A stretch of 64,000 bases of DNA from Verrucomicrobiota bacterium (GCA_963205105.1 CAUJJW010000212.1:866-64865); one strand, 5' to 3'; positions 54,695 through 64,000 are shown, counted from the first letter of the stretch. Translations and numbers: made by a program. The notes: a model not told the origin generated them from the letters alone.

Positions 54695-57580
54695 TTACTC
54701 CCGTGGTCCGGGGATGGTCTGTCCGGCGAGTTGCTGGCGTTGTTCGGCCGGGTCAAAGGTGCCGTAGAACAGCGCGTTGGCGTCCATCCAGGTGATGAGG
54801 CGTTCTTCGTCGTCGGGCGGCAGACGGACGTCGCCATGCCCCTGGTCCAGGAGGCGGGTGAGCGGACTGGCCACCGCCCCGAAGCGCATCGGAGACGTTG
54901 TGGGTTCGAGGTTCTGCTCCGGACGGCCCCAGGCGGAGAATGAGACCATGGGGACCAGGGCGTTGTAGGACTTGGAGAAGGCGCCTTCGGGTTCGCCGGT
55001 CAGCACGGACCGCTTGGGATCCTTGCCGTCGTGGCAGCGCACGCAGTGGCGATCGAGCACGGGTTGGACAAGGCGCGGGTAACTGAACGGACGCGATCCG
55101 TCGGGGCCGGGTTGAATCCGGGAAGGAGGGCGTTGCGCGGCGAGCGTCGATGGCCCTGCGGACGGGGTTTTGCCGCGGTGTTCGTGGCAACCGACGCAGC
55201 TCTGGCGTTCGCCGGGTTGCAAGTACACGAGACTGCGCATCGTCTGAACCGCGCGTCCGCGAGCGTTGAGCGCCTGGAACAGCACGGGTGTCTTCGCCGG
55301 CACTTCGAAGAACGCCGAGCCATCGCGTTCGACGGGGACGGTTCCCAAGACCTGCTTTCCGGGTGCGGCGAAAGCGGCGCCGACGCGCGGGTTGTCGGCG
55401 TGTGGGGTGGTTTTGAGCAGGACCTGGAGGATGCGCAGGTGGGTGATGTCCGAATCGCCTGGCAGGTAGGGCCAACTCTCCCGCACGTCATGGAGCAGAA
55501 AGGTCCCGTGGTCGTCCCCATCGGTCGACCGGCTGGTGATGAGTTCGGGTGGCAGGGATCGACGAGCCAAAGGTCGCGCCCAGAGACTGGAAATGGCCGG
55601 ATCGCGGTAAACGAGTTCCTTGTTCCCGAACGCGTCGGCGTAGTAGAGGCCGAACATGTTGGGAAGGTTGGGTCCGGGCTCGCCAACCAACGGGTCGAAA
55701 CTGTACGACACGATGAAGAACGCTTCGGAAAGCGGCCACGGAGACTTGTAGCAATGCCCGGGCCAGCGCGACTCCTCCTCCGGCACGTTCTTCTGCATGG
55801 AAGGATCCACCAGAGGGCTCCGCCAGTATTGGGTAACCGGCGTGTCGAAGTCGTACCCGGGCGCACTTGGACCGAACGCCAGCGGCGCTTCGGATTCCGG
55901 AAAGCGCACATCCGGTGTCAGGCGGGTGATTGGTTCCGGTCCATCCACGCCCCGGTTGGTGTCGAGCCGGACGATCGAACCGGCGCTCATGCCATGGTGC
56001 GGTGCGGCGGTGGCCATGATCTGCGCGCTCTCCGGAATGGACCGCGCCTCCCACAGGCCGGTGGGATTCCAGGTGTTGTTGCCATAGTAGATCTGGGCGT
56101 TGCCGCCGTCCGGACGCGTCGACCAGAGTTGCTGATAATGCACGGCGTTGCGGTCGACGTAGTCCCAGCGGGTGTAGATCACGCGGCCGTCATTTAGCAG
56201 GCAGGGATCCCACTCGTGGGTTTCGTGGAAGGAAATGCTGTGGGGTTCGCTTCCGTCGGCCGTCATGCGGGCCAGGGTGTACACGAAACACGGACCCCGC
56301 CCGCACCGGTGAAATCCCCCTCGCCGGGTTGAGACGAAGAGAATGTCGCCAGACGGCAGCGACACCGGTGAAAAATTGTCGTTGTCACCTTTGGTAAGCG
56401 AACGGACGGCCCCGGACTCCAGGGACAATTCGTGAACGTGGTAGTGGAGGTGTTGGTTTTGCCCGTTGAAATCCCACGAGGTCGGGGCTTCCTGAACCGG
56501 GCAGTAGGCGAACAGCACCTTACGCCCGTCCTGGGAAAGCTCGGGCGTCATGAAGTTGCCGGCGGGAAGGGAGGCCGGCGTGAGGTCCCGGGTGCCCATG
56601 CTGACGCCGGGTTCGTTGAGCACGAAGAGTCCGCCCCCCGGCCGGGCGCAGTACCCGTACATCTGGGTCAGTTGATGGCTCATCACCGACGGGACGTGTT
56701 TGACGAACAGCAGCGACGACGTTCCGAAGACAGGATTCGAAAGGATCAGGCGCCGTCGCCCTTGGTGGAGTTCCCTCCAGAGAGTTTCGTCCTGAGAGGT
56801 GGGTTGATCGGCGGGTGCGAGCTTCGCCAGCAGCGTGCGCCAGGCGGAATCCTGCTCCGAGGTGAGGGTCTTGAGCCGGCGTCGTTCCGAGAGCAACGCT
56901 TCGACGCGAGGGACGAGCTTGTCGATGGCCTGGCGGTAGGTTCGCGGTTCGCGCGGGGTCTGGATGCCGTCCTGCATGCGCCAATCCCACTCCACCAACG
57001 CCTCGGCAAGGGTCGGGTGCGGGTCCGGGGATGTGATCGCGGGTTGCCTTGAAAAGGGGCGTCGATCCGGCACGAACGACGCTGGCGCGTTTCCCCAGGT
57101 GAAGCCGGACAACTGCACGGCTCCCGGACTGTCGGGGGCATGGACCGACAAGGTGTCCTGTTCGATCGCGCACACCAGCGACGCGCCGGCGAGTGGCTTC
57201 GATTGGAAGTTCAGGTTGGTCACCGCGTCCCCATCGGTTCCGGTGGAGAACGTCAATCGGACAACGTCCCCGGCATTCAACGAGGCCGTGAGACGCCAGG
57301 ATCCAGGAACGGTGGCGTGTCCAGTGAGCAGGAGTTGGGGACCGGCAGGGCTGGTCGTGTAGGACCAGATCCCGGCATTGGAACCCGGGGCTGGCAGAAC
57401 CACGGTTCCGTTGATGGCAACCGACACGCGCGCCGGATAGGAAGCGGTGGATAACGATGAGTGGGCCGCGGGCGGTTCGGTGGGGAGGGGTGAGGGAGCT
57501 GCGTCCAGGTGACGGGCGCCACCCAACAGGGAAGCGAGCCCCAACCCCAGGGCCCCAGCGAGTGAACAGTTCATGCGCAT
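54695..57580 (-). CDS. Secreted TolB/PD40-like beta-propeller protein with two C-terminal CxxCH motifs (HzsA-middle-domain-like family of PVC bacteria)
   Basis: The signal peptide is MRMNCSLAGALGLGLASLLGGA, followed by an N-terminal beta-sandwich. The propeller region has the motifs ELSQDGRKVLFAY, DILFVSTR and YTRWDYVDRN. Two heme-c-type motifs follow: CVGCHEHRG and HCVRCHDG. The family assignment is from memory of these motifs. Confidence 0.55.
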   Translation of the reverse strand: MRMNCSLAGALGLGLASLLGGARHLDAAPSPLPTEPPAAHSSLSTASYPARVSVAINGTVVLPAPGSNAGIWSYTTSPAGPQLLLTGHATVPGSWRLTASLNAGDVVRLTFSTGTDGDAVTNLNFQSKPLAGASLVCAIEQDTLSVHAPDSPGAVQLSGFTWGNAPASFVPDRRPFSRQPAITSPDPHPTLAEALVEWDWRMQDGIQTPREPRTYRQAIDKLVPRVEALLSERRRLKTLTSEQDSAWRTLLAKLAPADQPTSQDETLWRELHQGRRRLILSNPVFGTSSLLFVKHVPSVMSHQLTQMYGYCARPGGGLFVLNEPGVSMGTRDLTPASLPAGNFMTPELSQDGRKVLFAYCPVQEAPTSWDFNGQNQHLHYHVHELSLESGAVRSLTKGDNDNFSPVSLPSGDILFVSTRRGGFHRCGRGPCFVYTLARMTADGSEPHSISFHETHEWDPCLLNDGRVIYTRWDYVDRNAVHYQQLWSTRPDGGNAQIYYGNNTWNPTGLWEARSIPESAQIMATAAPHHGMSAGSIVRLDTNRGVDGPEPITRLTPDVRFPESEAPLAFGPSAPGYDFDTPVTQYWRSPLVDPSMQKNVPEEESRWPGHCYKSPWPLSEAFFIVSYSFDPLVGEPGPNLPNMFGLYYADAFGNKELVYRDPAISSLWARPLARRSLPPELITSRSTDGDDHGTFLLHDVRESWPYLPGDSDITHLRILQVLLKTTPHADNPRVGAAFAAPGKQVLGTVPVERDGSAFFEVPAKTPVLFQALNARGRAVQTMRSLVYLQPGERQSCVGCHEHRGKTPSAGPSTLAAQRPPSRIQPGPDGSRPFSYPRLVQPVLDRHCVRCHDGKDPKRSVLTGEPEGAFSKSYNALVPMVSFSAWGRPEQNLEPTTSPMRFGAVASPLTRLLDQGHGDVRLPPDDEERLITWMDANALFYGTFDPAEQRQQLAGQTIPGPRE

Positions 57581-57826
57581 CGGGATGGTCCGCTGCAGAG
57601 CGTCGGCGCGGGATCCGCGGGGTGCGGGCGAGCGCTGATACGATCGCGCTTGAACGCAACACCCTTGCCACCCACGGCGACCCCAGCAAACGGGTTTGTC
57701 CGATTGCGGCCACCGAAATGGGGTGGTCTGGAACGAGGGGTCGGTTCTTGATGCTGGCTACCCAGACGGGTTCAGGCTCATTCCGATGCGGAGAAGCACC
57801 GTGAACGATGTGCGACTGACCGCTGG

Positions 57827-58969
57827 CTACTGCCCCAGAATCAAGTCGAGAGCACCCGAAAGATTGCAGGAGGCGACCCGCTCGCCGACGGCCGAGGATG
57901 GCGCTTTCGAGATCAACACTCGGCGATTGGCCTCAATGAGGTCGGCAGCTTTGTTCAGACGGTTCAAATCTTGCGGGGAAGGATCGCTCGTCAGCTTGAT
58001 TTCGATGGCCCAAGTCCGATCTCCCAGCCGAAACACCAAGTCGATTTCGTAGCCGTCGGAAGTCCGGAGATACGATGGATCGACGTGACGTCCGGATGCG
58101 GCCAGGGCTCCAAGGATTTGCTCGATGACGAATCCTTCCCAACTCGCTCCGACCCACGGCTGCGCGAGCAGGCGATCGAGGGAATCCATCCCCAGCAAGG
58201 CATGGACGAGGCCCGAGTCGCGCCAATAGACCTTGGGTGCCTTTCGGAGACGCTTGCGAAGATTCCCCGTCCACGGACGAAGCCGCCGGATCAAAAAGGT
58301 CCCCTCCAGAAAATCGAGGTAGCGTTCCACGGTGGGATGGGAAAGACCCAGGCTGGCTCCAACCTGGGAGGCGTTCCATGACTGGCCGTGAAGCACCGCA
58401 AGCATGTTGAGGAAACGATCGGTGACTTGAGGCGACGCGGACCATCCCCAGGACGGGAGGTCGCGGTAGCAGAGATTTTCCACGTAATCCCTGGCCCAGG
58501 ACGGAAATCGCTCAGGGCCGGTGACCACCCTCGGGAAACCTCCTCGCAGCCAGAGTTCATCCAGGGGGAGACGAGGAATCTCCGGATGAACAAGCGGTCC
58601 AAGGTTGAACAACGCGACGCGTCCGGTGAGGGATTCGGCGATTTCGCGGATCAAAATTGGAGAGACCGAACCAAGGAGGAGAAAGCGCCCGGCACGCTCC
58701 GGGGCTTGGTCGATGGCACCGCGCAGTCGAGGAAACAGAGGGGGCCAGGATTGGGCCTCGTCAAACGCCACCAGGCCCTTGTGGGCCATGATTTCGGGCC
58801 AGCGAGCATCGAGACGGGTTTGGTCACCGGACTGTTCCAAGTCGAAGTAATCCGTCGCGAGGGAGCGGGCGAGGGTGGTTTTCCCGGACTGTCGGGGCCC
58901 CAGGAGAACAGCTGCCGGCTCGAACTTAAGCCGCGTAACCAATTGCGGTGCAATGAGTCGAGCGATCAT
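57827..58969 (-). CDS. AAA+ ATPase with DUF4143 C-terminal domain (COG1373-type)
   Basis: Start set at ATG 58969 (MIARLIAPQLVTRLKFEPAAVLLGPRQSGKTTLARSL, Walker A). Walker B-like: LVAFDEAQ. A wHTH-like block (LSHPTVERYLDFLEGTFLIRRL) is followed by a DUF4143-like tail (GASWEGFVIEQI...GYEIDLV). The listed 615-aa ORF is an upstream open-frame extension; ATG 59050 is an alternative start. Confidence 0.8.
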   Translation of the reverse strand: MIARLIAPQLVTRLKFEPAAVLLGPRQSGKTTLARSLATDYFDLEQSGDQTRLDARWPEIMAHKGLVAFDEAQSWPPLFPRLRGAIDQAPERAGRFLLLGSVSPILIREIAESLTGRVALFNLGPLVHPEIPRLPLDELWLRGGFPRVVTGPERFPSWARDYVENLCYRDLPSWGWSASPQVTDRFLNMLAVLHGQSWNASQVGASLGLSHPTVERYLDFLEGTFLIRRLRPWTGNLRKRLRKAPKVYWRDSGLVHALLGMDSLDRLLAQPWVGASWEGFVIEQILGALAASGRHVDPSYLRTSDGYEIDLVFRLGDRTWAIEIKLTSDPSPQDLNRLNKAADLIEANRRVLISKAPSSAVGERVASCNLSGALDLILGQ

Positions 58970-58976
58970 CTTGCGA

Positions 58977-58996
58977 ATTGAATATGTGTTTTCAAT
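58977..58996. promoter_or_regulatory. Inverted repeat ATTGAA-N8-TTCAAT in divergent promoter region
   Basis: It lies in the AT-richer part of the 172-nt gap between the ATPase (-) and RCC1 (+) genes. It is a possible operator. The only support is a 6-bp arm. Confidence 0.2.
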
Positions 58997-59141
58997 CTGC
59001 AAATCAAGGTGGAAGGCATCTGTCGGCCTCGCCTCGACGGCGTTCGCCATGTTCGCGTGCTTGAGCGGCAACGGGGGCCAAGTACGGTTCCGCCATGAAC
59101 AGCATCCAGGGAATGGAGGCTTCATTCGATTCGCAGCCTCG

Positions 59142-60350
59142 ATGAAGGCAGGGTGCAAACGAGCCATCCTCGCGGGGCTTGGGCTTCTGGTCCTTTGGCT
59201 CGTGATGCGTGGTCTTGATTCGTCCGGATTGCGGTCCGGGACTCCCCGAGACGCCGGACAGGTTGCGCCGCAACTCAGCGGGAGTTTTGACATGGCGGTG
59301 CTCCTGGCGCCCGACGGGAGTCTGTGGGAGTGGGGCAACTTGCGATCCTCGACCCACGCTGGTTCGAGTGCCGAGCGGGAGTTGGTCCCCGTTCCACGAC
59401 GGTTGGGCTCCTCGCGCGACTGGGTCGCGGTGAGCCGAAGCTCGACGCATGGGCTTGCGCTGAAAAGCGATGGATCGCTGTGGGGATGGTGCCCCAATGG
59501 CAACCGACCTCTGGGCCCCAGCGTTCCGCCGATCACGAGGGAGCCGGTCTTATTGAGCGAGGAACGGGATTGGATCCGAGTCCACGCGGGTAACGGTTGG
59601 TCACTTGCCATCAAGCAGGACCGAAGCCTCTGGGCCTGGGGGCTCAACCGGTTTGGCATGGTGGGAGACGCCACGACTCAACCACGCGATACCCCGTTTC
59701 GCGTCGGCGGCCTGGCGCGTTGGCGAGAGATATCGACGACCTTTCAGGGAACCTTCGGTATTCAGGAGGACGGATCCCTTTGGGCCTGGGGGCTCCCTTG
59801 GCAGCGTGGTGAGCCATGGTTGACTCCGCGGCGGATTGAAGAAGCGACACGATGCACGCTTCTCGCTGGCGGCAATTGTCAGGTGGGACTTCGAGCGGAT
59901 GGGGGCATCCAAGCCCTGTTCGATAACGGCACACTACGTCTGGGTTCCGAAGTCCTGACCGGGCCTTGGACGCAGGCCGAGATGGGCATCTCATCCTGCC
60001 TGCTCACCCGGGATGCGAAGGGGCAATGGTGGGGCAGCGGGGATCAACCTTTTGGGCAGCTTGGGATCGGGCATGGGAGGGTTGCACGAAAGCCAGAGCT
60101 GATTTCCGGCGCGGACGAGGACGTGTGGGCCATCCGAAACTTGGGGGACACGACGCTCTTCCTCATGCGGGATGGAACGCTCTGGCAGTGTGGCAAGCGG
60201 CTTGGCGTACCGCCCCGGAATCCGTGGGTGGTTCGTGCTGCCCGCTGGTTCAATCAACTGCCTCCAGGGTTGCGGGGGAGTAAGACCCTTTACGACAAGG
60301 AGTTTTCGGCGGACAGCATACCGCGAAAAGTCTGGTCGCTGCCCGACTGA
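59142..60350 (+). CDS. RCC1-repeat (beta-propeller) protein with N-terminal membrane anchor
   Basis: Start set at ATG 59142 (MKAGCKRAILAGLGLLVLWLVM). Repeated blades are present: DGSLWEWG, HGLALKSDGSLWGWC, WSLAIKQDRSLWAWGLNRFGMVGD, FGIQEDGSLWAWG, WWGSGDQPFGQLG, LFLMRDGTLWQCG. Confidence 0.8.
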   Translation: MKAGCKRAILAGLGLLVLWLVMRGLDSSGLRSGTPRDAGQVAPQLSGSFDMAVLLAPDGSLWEWGNLRSSTHAGSSAERELVPVPRRLGSSRDWVAVSRSSTHGLALKSDGSLWGWCPNGNRPLGPSVPPITREPVLLSEERDWIRVHAGNGWSLAIKQDRSLWAWGLNRFGMVGDATTQPRDTPFRVGGLARWREISTTFQGTFGIQEDGSLWAWGLPWQRGEPWLTPRRIEEATRCTLLAGGNCQVGLRADGGIQALFDNGTLRLGSEVLTGPWTQAEMGISSCLLTRDAKGQWWGSGDQPFGQLGIGHGRVARKPELISGADEDVWAIRNLGDTTLFLMRDGTLWQCGKRLGVPPRNPWVVRAARWFNQLPPGLRGSKTLYDKEFSADSIPRKVWSLPD

Positions 60351-60377
60351 CAACCGGGTGCGGTAGGGCTCCGAAGC

Positions 60378-61964
60378 TCAATACTCGAACCGCTCCCCGG
60401 GAAGGGCCGGAGTCGAGACCGGCGGTTGCCGAAACCGGGTCGCTTGTTCGAAACCGTAAGCGAGTCGGATCAGCGTGGGCTCGGCGAACGGCCGGCCCAA
60501 AAACTCCACACCGACGGGAACGCCGATGGGCGCTTCGGTCGTGGGTGGGGAGAAACCTCCCGGAACGGTGAGCGCCGGCAACCCGGTGGTCGAGGACATG
60601 AACCCGTTCCGTTCGAGTTGATCCCTGTTCACCGGAACGACCAGGCGTCGCTGGTGGGTGTAGAACAGGGCGTCCAGCTGATGATCGTTCATGACCTTGA
60701 CCAGGGCGTCGCGGAAAGCCGCCTGTCCTTCGAGTCGGCGCAGATAGTCCGGAGGCGTGGGACCTTGCAGTAAGGCCAGGGATTCCCGGAAGCCCTTGAG
60801 CACCGAGGGGACGGTGTCGCCGGCAGCTGCCACGTAGGCGGTGAGATCCTTGAAGGGGCTGCTCGGCCCTTGCGCGGCAAAATACTGGTTCATGACGCGG
60901 GCGGATTCGTACACGCCGATGCCAAGAAGCGTGCTGTCACGCCGGTAGGTTTCCACTTCGGGAATCGAGAGGGAAACGACGGTGGCGCCGGCCCCTTGGA
61001 TGGCCTGAACGGCTTTCATCGTCGCCTCCGTCACCATCGCGTGCTCCGGGTGGGTGCCGTCGCCGAGCAGGTTTCGGACGAAGCCAATCCGGGCGCCGTT
61101 GAGGCCAGCCGGGTGGAGACAGGCGGCGTAGGATTTCGAAGTCTTTCCGATGGCGTTCCAGGTGGACGGATCGTGCGCATCAAAACCCACCAGAACGTCG
61201 GCCATGATGGCGGCATCGGTGACAGTGCGGGTGTTGGGTCCAACCGCGTCCTGAGTGTAGGTGTTGGGGATGACGCCTGAGCGGCCGATCAGTCCGAAGG
61301 TGCCCCGCAAACCGACCCCCGCCGTCGCGGATGCCGGGGAGCGGATGGATTGGCCGGTGTCGGTGCCCATGGACAGAATGCCGAAGGAAGCGGCGACCGC
61401 GACGCCGCTGCCACCGGAGGAACCTCCCGGGGTACGGGTGAGGTCGTAAGGGTTGAGAGTCTGTCCGCCCAGCGAGCTGAGCGTCACGGAGGTGCGAGCC
61501 AGTTCACCGAGGTTGGCCTTGCCCAGGATGAGGGCTCCCGCGGCACGCAAACGGGCCACGGTGGAGGCGTCCGTGGTGGGTTGGAAGGTGGCGAGGGCCT
61601 TGGAACCACCGGTCGTCGGCAGATCGAAGGTGTTGTAGTTGTCTTTGAGAATGACCGGGATGCCGTGGAGGGGCGAACGCGGTCCTTTCGCCTTTCGTTC
61701 CGCATCCAGTTCCCGGGCCAATGCGATGGCTTTGGGGTGCACCGAAATCATCGCGTTCAGCTTTGGGCCGGCTTGGTCGTAGGCCTGGATGCGGGCCAGG
61801 CACAACTCAGTCAATCGCTCCGCGGTGAGCGCACCTGCGGCGAAGGCCGCGTTGATTTCGGGAACGGTGGCGGTGGAGAGATCGAACGTGGCGGCCTGCG
61901 ATGTTCCAACGGCGAGGTCCAGAACGAGGAGCGCCGCCAGGGCGGATGAAAGGGAAGTGCGCAC
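60378..61964 (-). CDS. Amidase-signature family amidase, secreted (paralog 1)
   Basis: It has a signal peptide. AS motifs: HGIPVILKDN (Lys), GGSSGGSGVAVAASFG, GTDTGQSIRSPAS (Ser nucleophile). Confidence 0.9.
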   Translation of the reverse strand: MRTSLSSALAALLVLDLAVGTSQAATFDLSTATVPEINAAFAAGALTAERLTELCLARIQAYDQAGPKLNAMISVHPKAIALARELDAERKAKGPRSPLHGIPVILKDNYNTFDLPTTGGSKALATFQPTTDASTVARLRAAGALILGKANLGELARTSVTLSSLGGQTLNPYDLTRTPGGSSGGSGVAVAASFGILSMGTDTGQSIRSPASATAGVGLRGTFGLIGRSGVIPNTYTQDAVGPNTRTVTDAAIMADVLVGFDAHDPSTWNAIGKTSKSYAACLHPAGLNGARIGFVRNLLGDGTHPEHAMVTEATMKAVQAIQGAGATVVSLSIPEVETYRRDSTLLGIGVYESARVMNQYFAAQGPSSPFKDLTAYVAAAGDTVPSVLKGFRESLALLQGPTPPDYLRRLEGQAAFRDALVKVMNDHQLDALFYTHQRRLVVPVNRDQLERNGFMSSTTGLPALTVPGGFSPPTTEAPIGVPVGVEFLGRPFAEPTLIRLAYGFEQATRFRQPPVSTPALPGERFEY

Positions 61965-61988
61965 GAAGATTGGAGGGCAAGAGGGTGT

Positions 61989-63599
61989 TCAAGGAAGCGG
62001 CGGGGTGGTGGCGGGCGGGCGGCGATGCTGGGTGGCCTGTTCGTAGGCATAGCCGAGTCGAATCAGGGTGGGTTCCGAGAAGGGCAACCCCATGAAGGTG
62101 ATGCCGGCGGGGATCGATCCATCGCTGGTGCCCATGGGTACGGTGATGATGGGGGTGTGAATGAGGAAGGTGTTGAGCGAGACAACCCCGCCGTTGCTTT
62201 TGTAGGGCGGCGTGGTGGCTTCCACGATTCGGGTCGGCTCATGTTCCACCGACTTGAACACCAGCACGTCGAGTTTCTGATCCGCCATCACCTGGGCGAT
62301 GTTCTGAAGCAATTGCTCGCGGGCACGCTGGGATTCCAGAAGCAACGCGGGATCGGTGGTGGCCACATTCGCCCCGCCCCTCCGACTGCGCTGGCCTGAG
62401 ATCGCTTTGAAGGTCTTGGGCATCTCCGGGTGATTGTCGATATCCGCACGGCTCTTGAATTCGGAGTCCGGGTTTCGGCGGAGATACACGGCCAGCGCTT
62501 CTTCGGTCAGCGCAGCGTCTGTCGCCCGTTTGGCCGAGAGTCGTTTGAGATCGGGGATGACGACATCCATGACGGTGGCGCCGGCGGCGCGGAGTTCCCC
62601 GAGTGCCTTCACGAAAACCGCTTCCACCCGTTGGAAGTCGTCCGCTTCCGGTCGGGAGTTCCCGCCGATGGGTTCGCGAATGGCCCCGATGCGTGCGCCA
62701 AGGAGTCCTTTGGTGTCGAGGAACGCCGTGTAAGTTTTGGGGATATGCCGAGGGCCGAAGGCGGTGATGGGATCCTCGGGGTCGTAACCCACCATGCCAT
62801 CGAGAAGCTTGGCCATGTCGGTCACGGTGCGTGCCATGGGTCCCATCTGGGCGGTGGGAACGGGATGTCCGTCCCACATACCCGAGCGGCTGATGAGTCC
62901 GGGGGTGGGGCGCATGCCGGCGAGGGCGCACCACGCCGCGGGCCGTTTGAGGGAGGAACTGGTTTCTTCGCCCAGGGCCACGGTAGCGAAATTGGCGGAC
63001 AGGGCGCCGCCCGAGCCTCCGGACGAACCGCCGACCGTGCGATCGAGAGCGTAAGGATTTCGAGAATGCCCGAAGAGGGTGCTGTACGTGTCCCCGCCGG
63101 CGAACTCACTCAGGGTTGTCTTGCCCAGGATGATCGCACCCGCCTTGCGCAGGTTGGCCACCGCGAACGCATCCCGGGGCGGCCGATAGTTGGCAAAGAT
63201 CCGCACCCCCTGGGTGGTCGCGGTGCCGGCCACGTCGATCTCGTCTTTGACGAGGATCACCACGCCGTGCAGCGGCCCGGTGAGTTGTCCGGTTCTCAAG
63301 AGTTCCGCATCCAGGCGATCCGCTTCGCGGAGAGCCGCTGGGTCCAGGGAGATGATGCACCGGAGCACAGGTCCCTTCTGATCGTAGGCTTCGATGCGAT
63401 CGAGGTAGGCCTGGACCAGTTGGCGCGCTGTCAACCGACGCCTCAGCAGCGCGTCCTGGATCTCGGAAATGGACGCCTCCACCACCTGGAACGGCGCGGG
63501 AGGCTCGTTCGCAAATGCTCCGAAGGACACGAGGAGAATGCCAAGAAGGCAGGCCAGGGCCGGTCGGGGGACTGGTTGCGACCGAGATCGAGTGCTCAT
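61989..63599 (-). CDS. Amidase-signature family amidase, secreted (paralog 2)
   Basis: It has a signal peptide. Motifs: HGVVILVKDE, GGSSGGSGGALSANFA, and GEETSSSLKRPAA, a variant of the GGSIR box. Confidence 0.85.
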   Translation of the reverse strand: MSTRSRSQPVPRPALACLLGILLVSFGAFANEPPAPFQVVEASISEIQDALLRRRLTARQLVQAYLDRIEAYDQKGPVLRCIISLDPAALREADRLDAELLRTGQLTGPLHGVVILVKDEIDVAGTATTQGVRIFANYRPPRDAFAVANLRKAGAIILGKTTLSEFAGGDTYSTLFGHSRNPYALDRTVGGSSGGSGGALSANFATVALGEETSSSLKRPAAWCALAGMRPTPGLISRSGMWDGHPVPTAQMGPMARTVTDMAKLLDGMVGYDPEDPITAFGPRHIPKTYTAFLDTKGLLGARIGAIREPIGGNSRPEADDFQRVEAVFVKALGELRAAGATVMDVVIPDLKRLSAKRATDAALTEEALAVYLRRNPDSEFKSRADIDNHPEMPKTFKAISGQRSRRGGANVATTDPALLLESQRAREQLLQNIAQVMADQKLDVLVFKSVEHEPTRIVEATTPPYKSNGGVVSLNTFLIHTPIITVPMGTSDGSIPAGITFMGLPFSEPTLIRLGYAYEQATQHRRPPATTPPLP

Positions 63600-63617
63600 G
63601 GGGAGGAGGCGCCGTGG

Positions 63618-64000
63618 TCAGTAGGTAATGGTCTCGCCCGGAAGCGGTTTGGCATGAACCGGCACCCGGAGGTTTTTGGTCGCCTGTTCATAGGAATACC
63701 CGAGCGCCAGCAACTTGGGTTCGCTGAAAGCCGGTCCGAAGAAGCTGATTCCCACGGGCAATCCGGCGCTGGTGAACCCGGCTGGCACGATCAGATCGGG
63801 AAAGCCTGCGAGGTTGGCAAAGTTGGTTGCGGACGGGCGCTCCGATGAACCGGACGGCGCTTCCTCACCGATTTTGGCGGGGCGACGCGGATTCGTGGGA
63901 TAGACAATCGCATCCAGCTTCTCCTTGTCGAAAATGGCTTGGAGGGTCTCCCGCACGAACGCCATCCCGTGGGTCTGGGCAGCCCGATACGTGGGATCCT
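63618..64000 (-). CDS. Amidase-signature family amidase, C-terminal part (paralog 3; 5' end beyond window)
   Basis: The reading frame stays open to base 64000 (..DPTYRAAQTHGMAFVRE..). The C-terminus (GFPDLIVPAGFTSAGLPVGISFFGPAFSEPKLLALGYSYEQAT) parallels the ends of paralogs 1 and 2. Confidence 0.8.
   Translation of the reverse strand, partial: DPTYRAAQTHGMAFVRETLQAIFDKEKLDAIVYPTNPRRPAKIGEEAPSGSSERPSATNFANLAGFPDLIVPAGFTSAGLPVGISFFGPAFSEPKLLALGYSYEQATKNLRVPVHAKPLPGETITY

Noticed and set aside
1-64000. Scan of all intergenic gaps for tRNA, rRNA, tmRNA, riboswitch-like leaders, transposase or integrase fragments and CRISPR arrays
   Set aside because: I could recognise nothing with a cloverleaf-like arrangement, rRNA-like conserved blocks, or IS terminal structures with a transposase ORF. 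This was a by-eye scan only, so tRNAscan, Infernal and ISfinder should be run to confirm.

Overview
This is a GC-rich 64-kb chromosomal segment. Its gene families suggest a PVC-superphylum bacterium, probably Verrucomicrobiota or Planctomycetota; this is inferred from gene content only. The families include two DUF1549/DUF1553 + DUF1501 pairs, Tat-signal Gfo/Idh/MocA oxidoreductases, delta-60/cadherin-like giant surface proteins, and LVIVD, FG-GAP/VCBS, LamG and PQQ-propeller proteins. I call about 40 protein-coding genes. They include a 5'-truncated NfeD protease, a Ser/Thr kinase, an MscK-like channel, a three-gene two-component phosphorelay, a DoxX-VOC-ABM operon, a DNA-alkylation-repair protein, an EEP-family protein and three tandem amidases (the last 5'-truncated). 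I recognised no rRNA, tRNA, CRISPR array, transposase, integrase or phage gene, and no canonical defence or secretion system. The main signal the gene map does not explain is a mosaic family of structured intergenic repeats. I name the modules A, B, C and D; they are joined at a recurring CCATGAACC motif and fill almost every large intergenic gap (about 3 kb in total). Two near-identical B elements in direct orientation bracket a visibly lower-GC 3.2-kb segment that carries an LVIVD beta-propeller gene. Other points worth a second look are listed here.
- A perfect 12-nt x 6.4 tandem repeat.
- A ~65-aa C-terminal tail shared by three or four secreted proteins.
- A LamG domain split by a 7-bladed propeller.
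- An exact 549-bp-period triple domain repeat.
- A lower-GC AAA(DUF4143)/RCC1 divergent gene pair.
All domain calls come from motif recognition by eye, and no database search or folding computation was run. Many long ORFs in the six-frame track are antisense or alternate-frame shadow ORFs typical of GC-rich DNA and were rejected.
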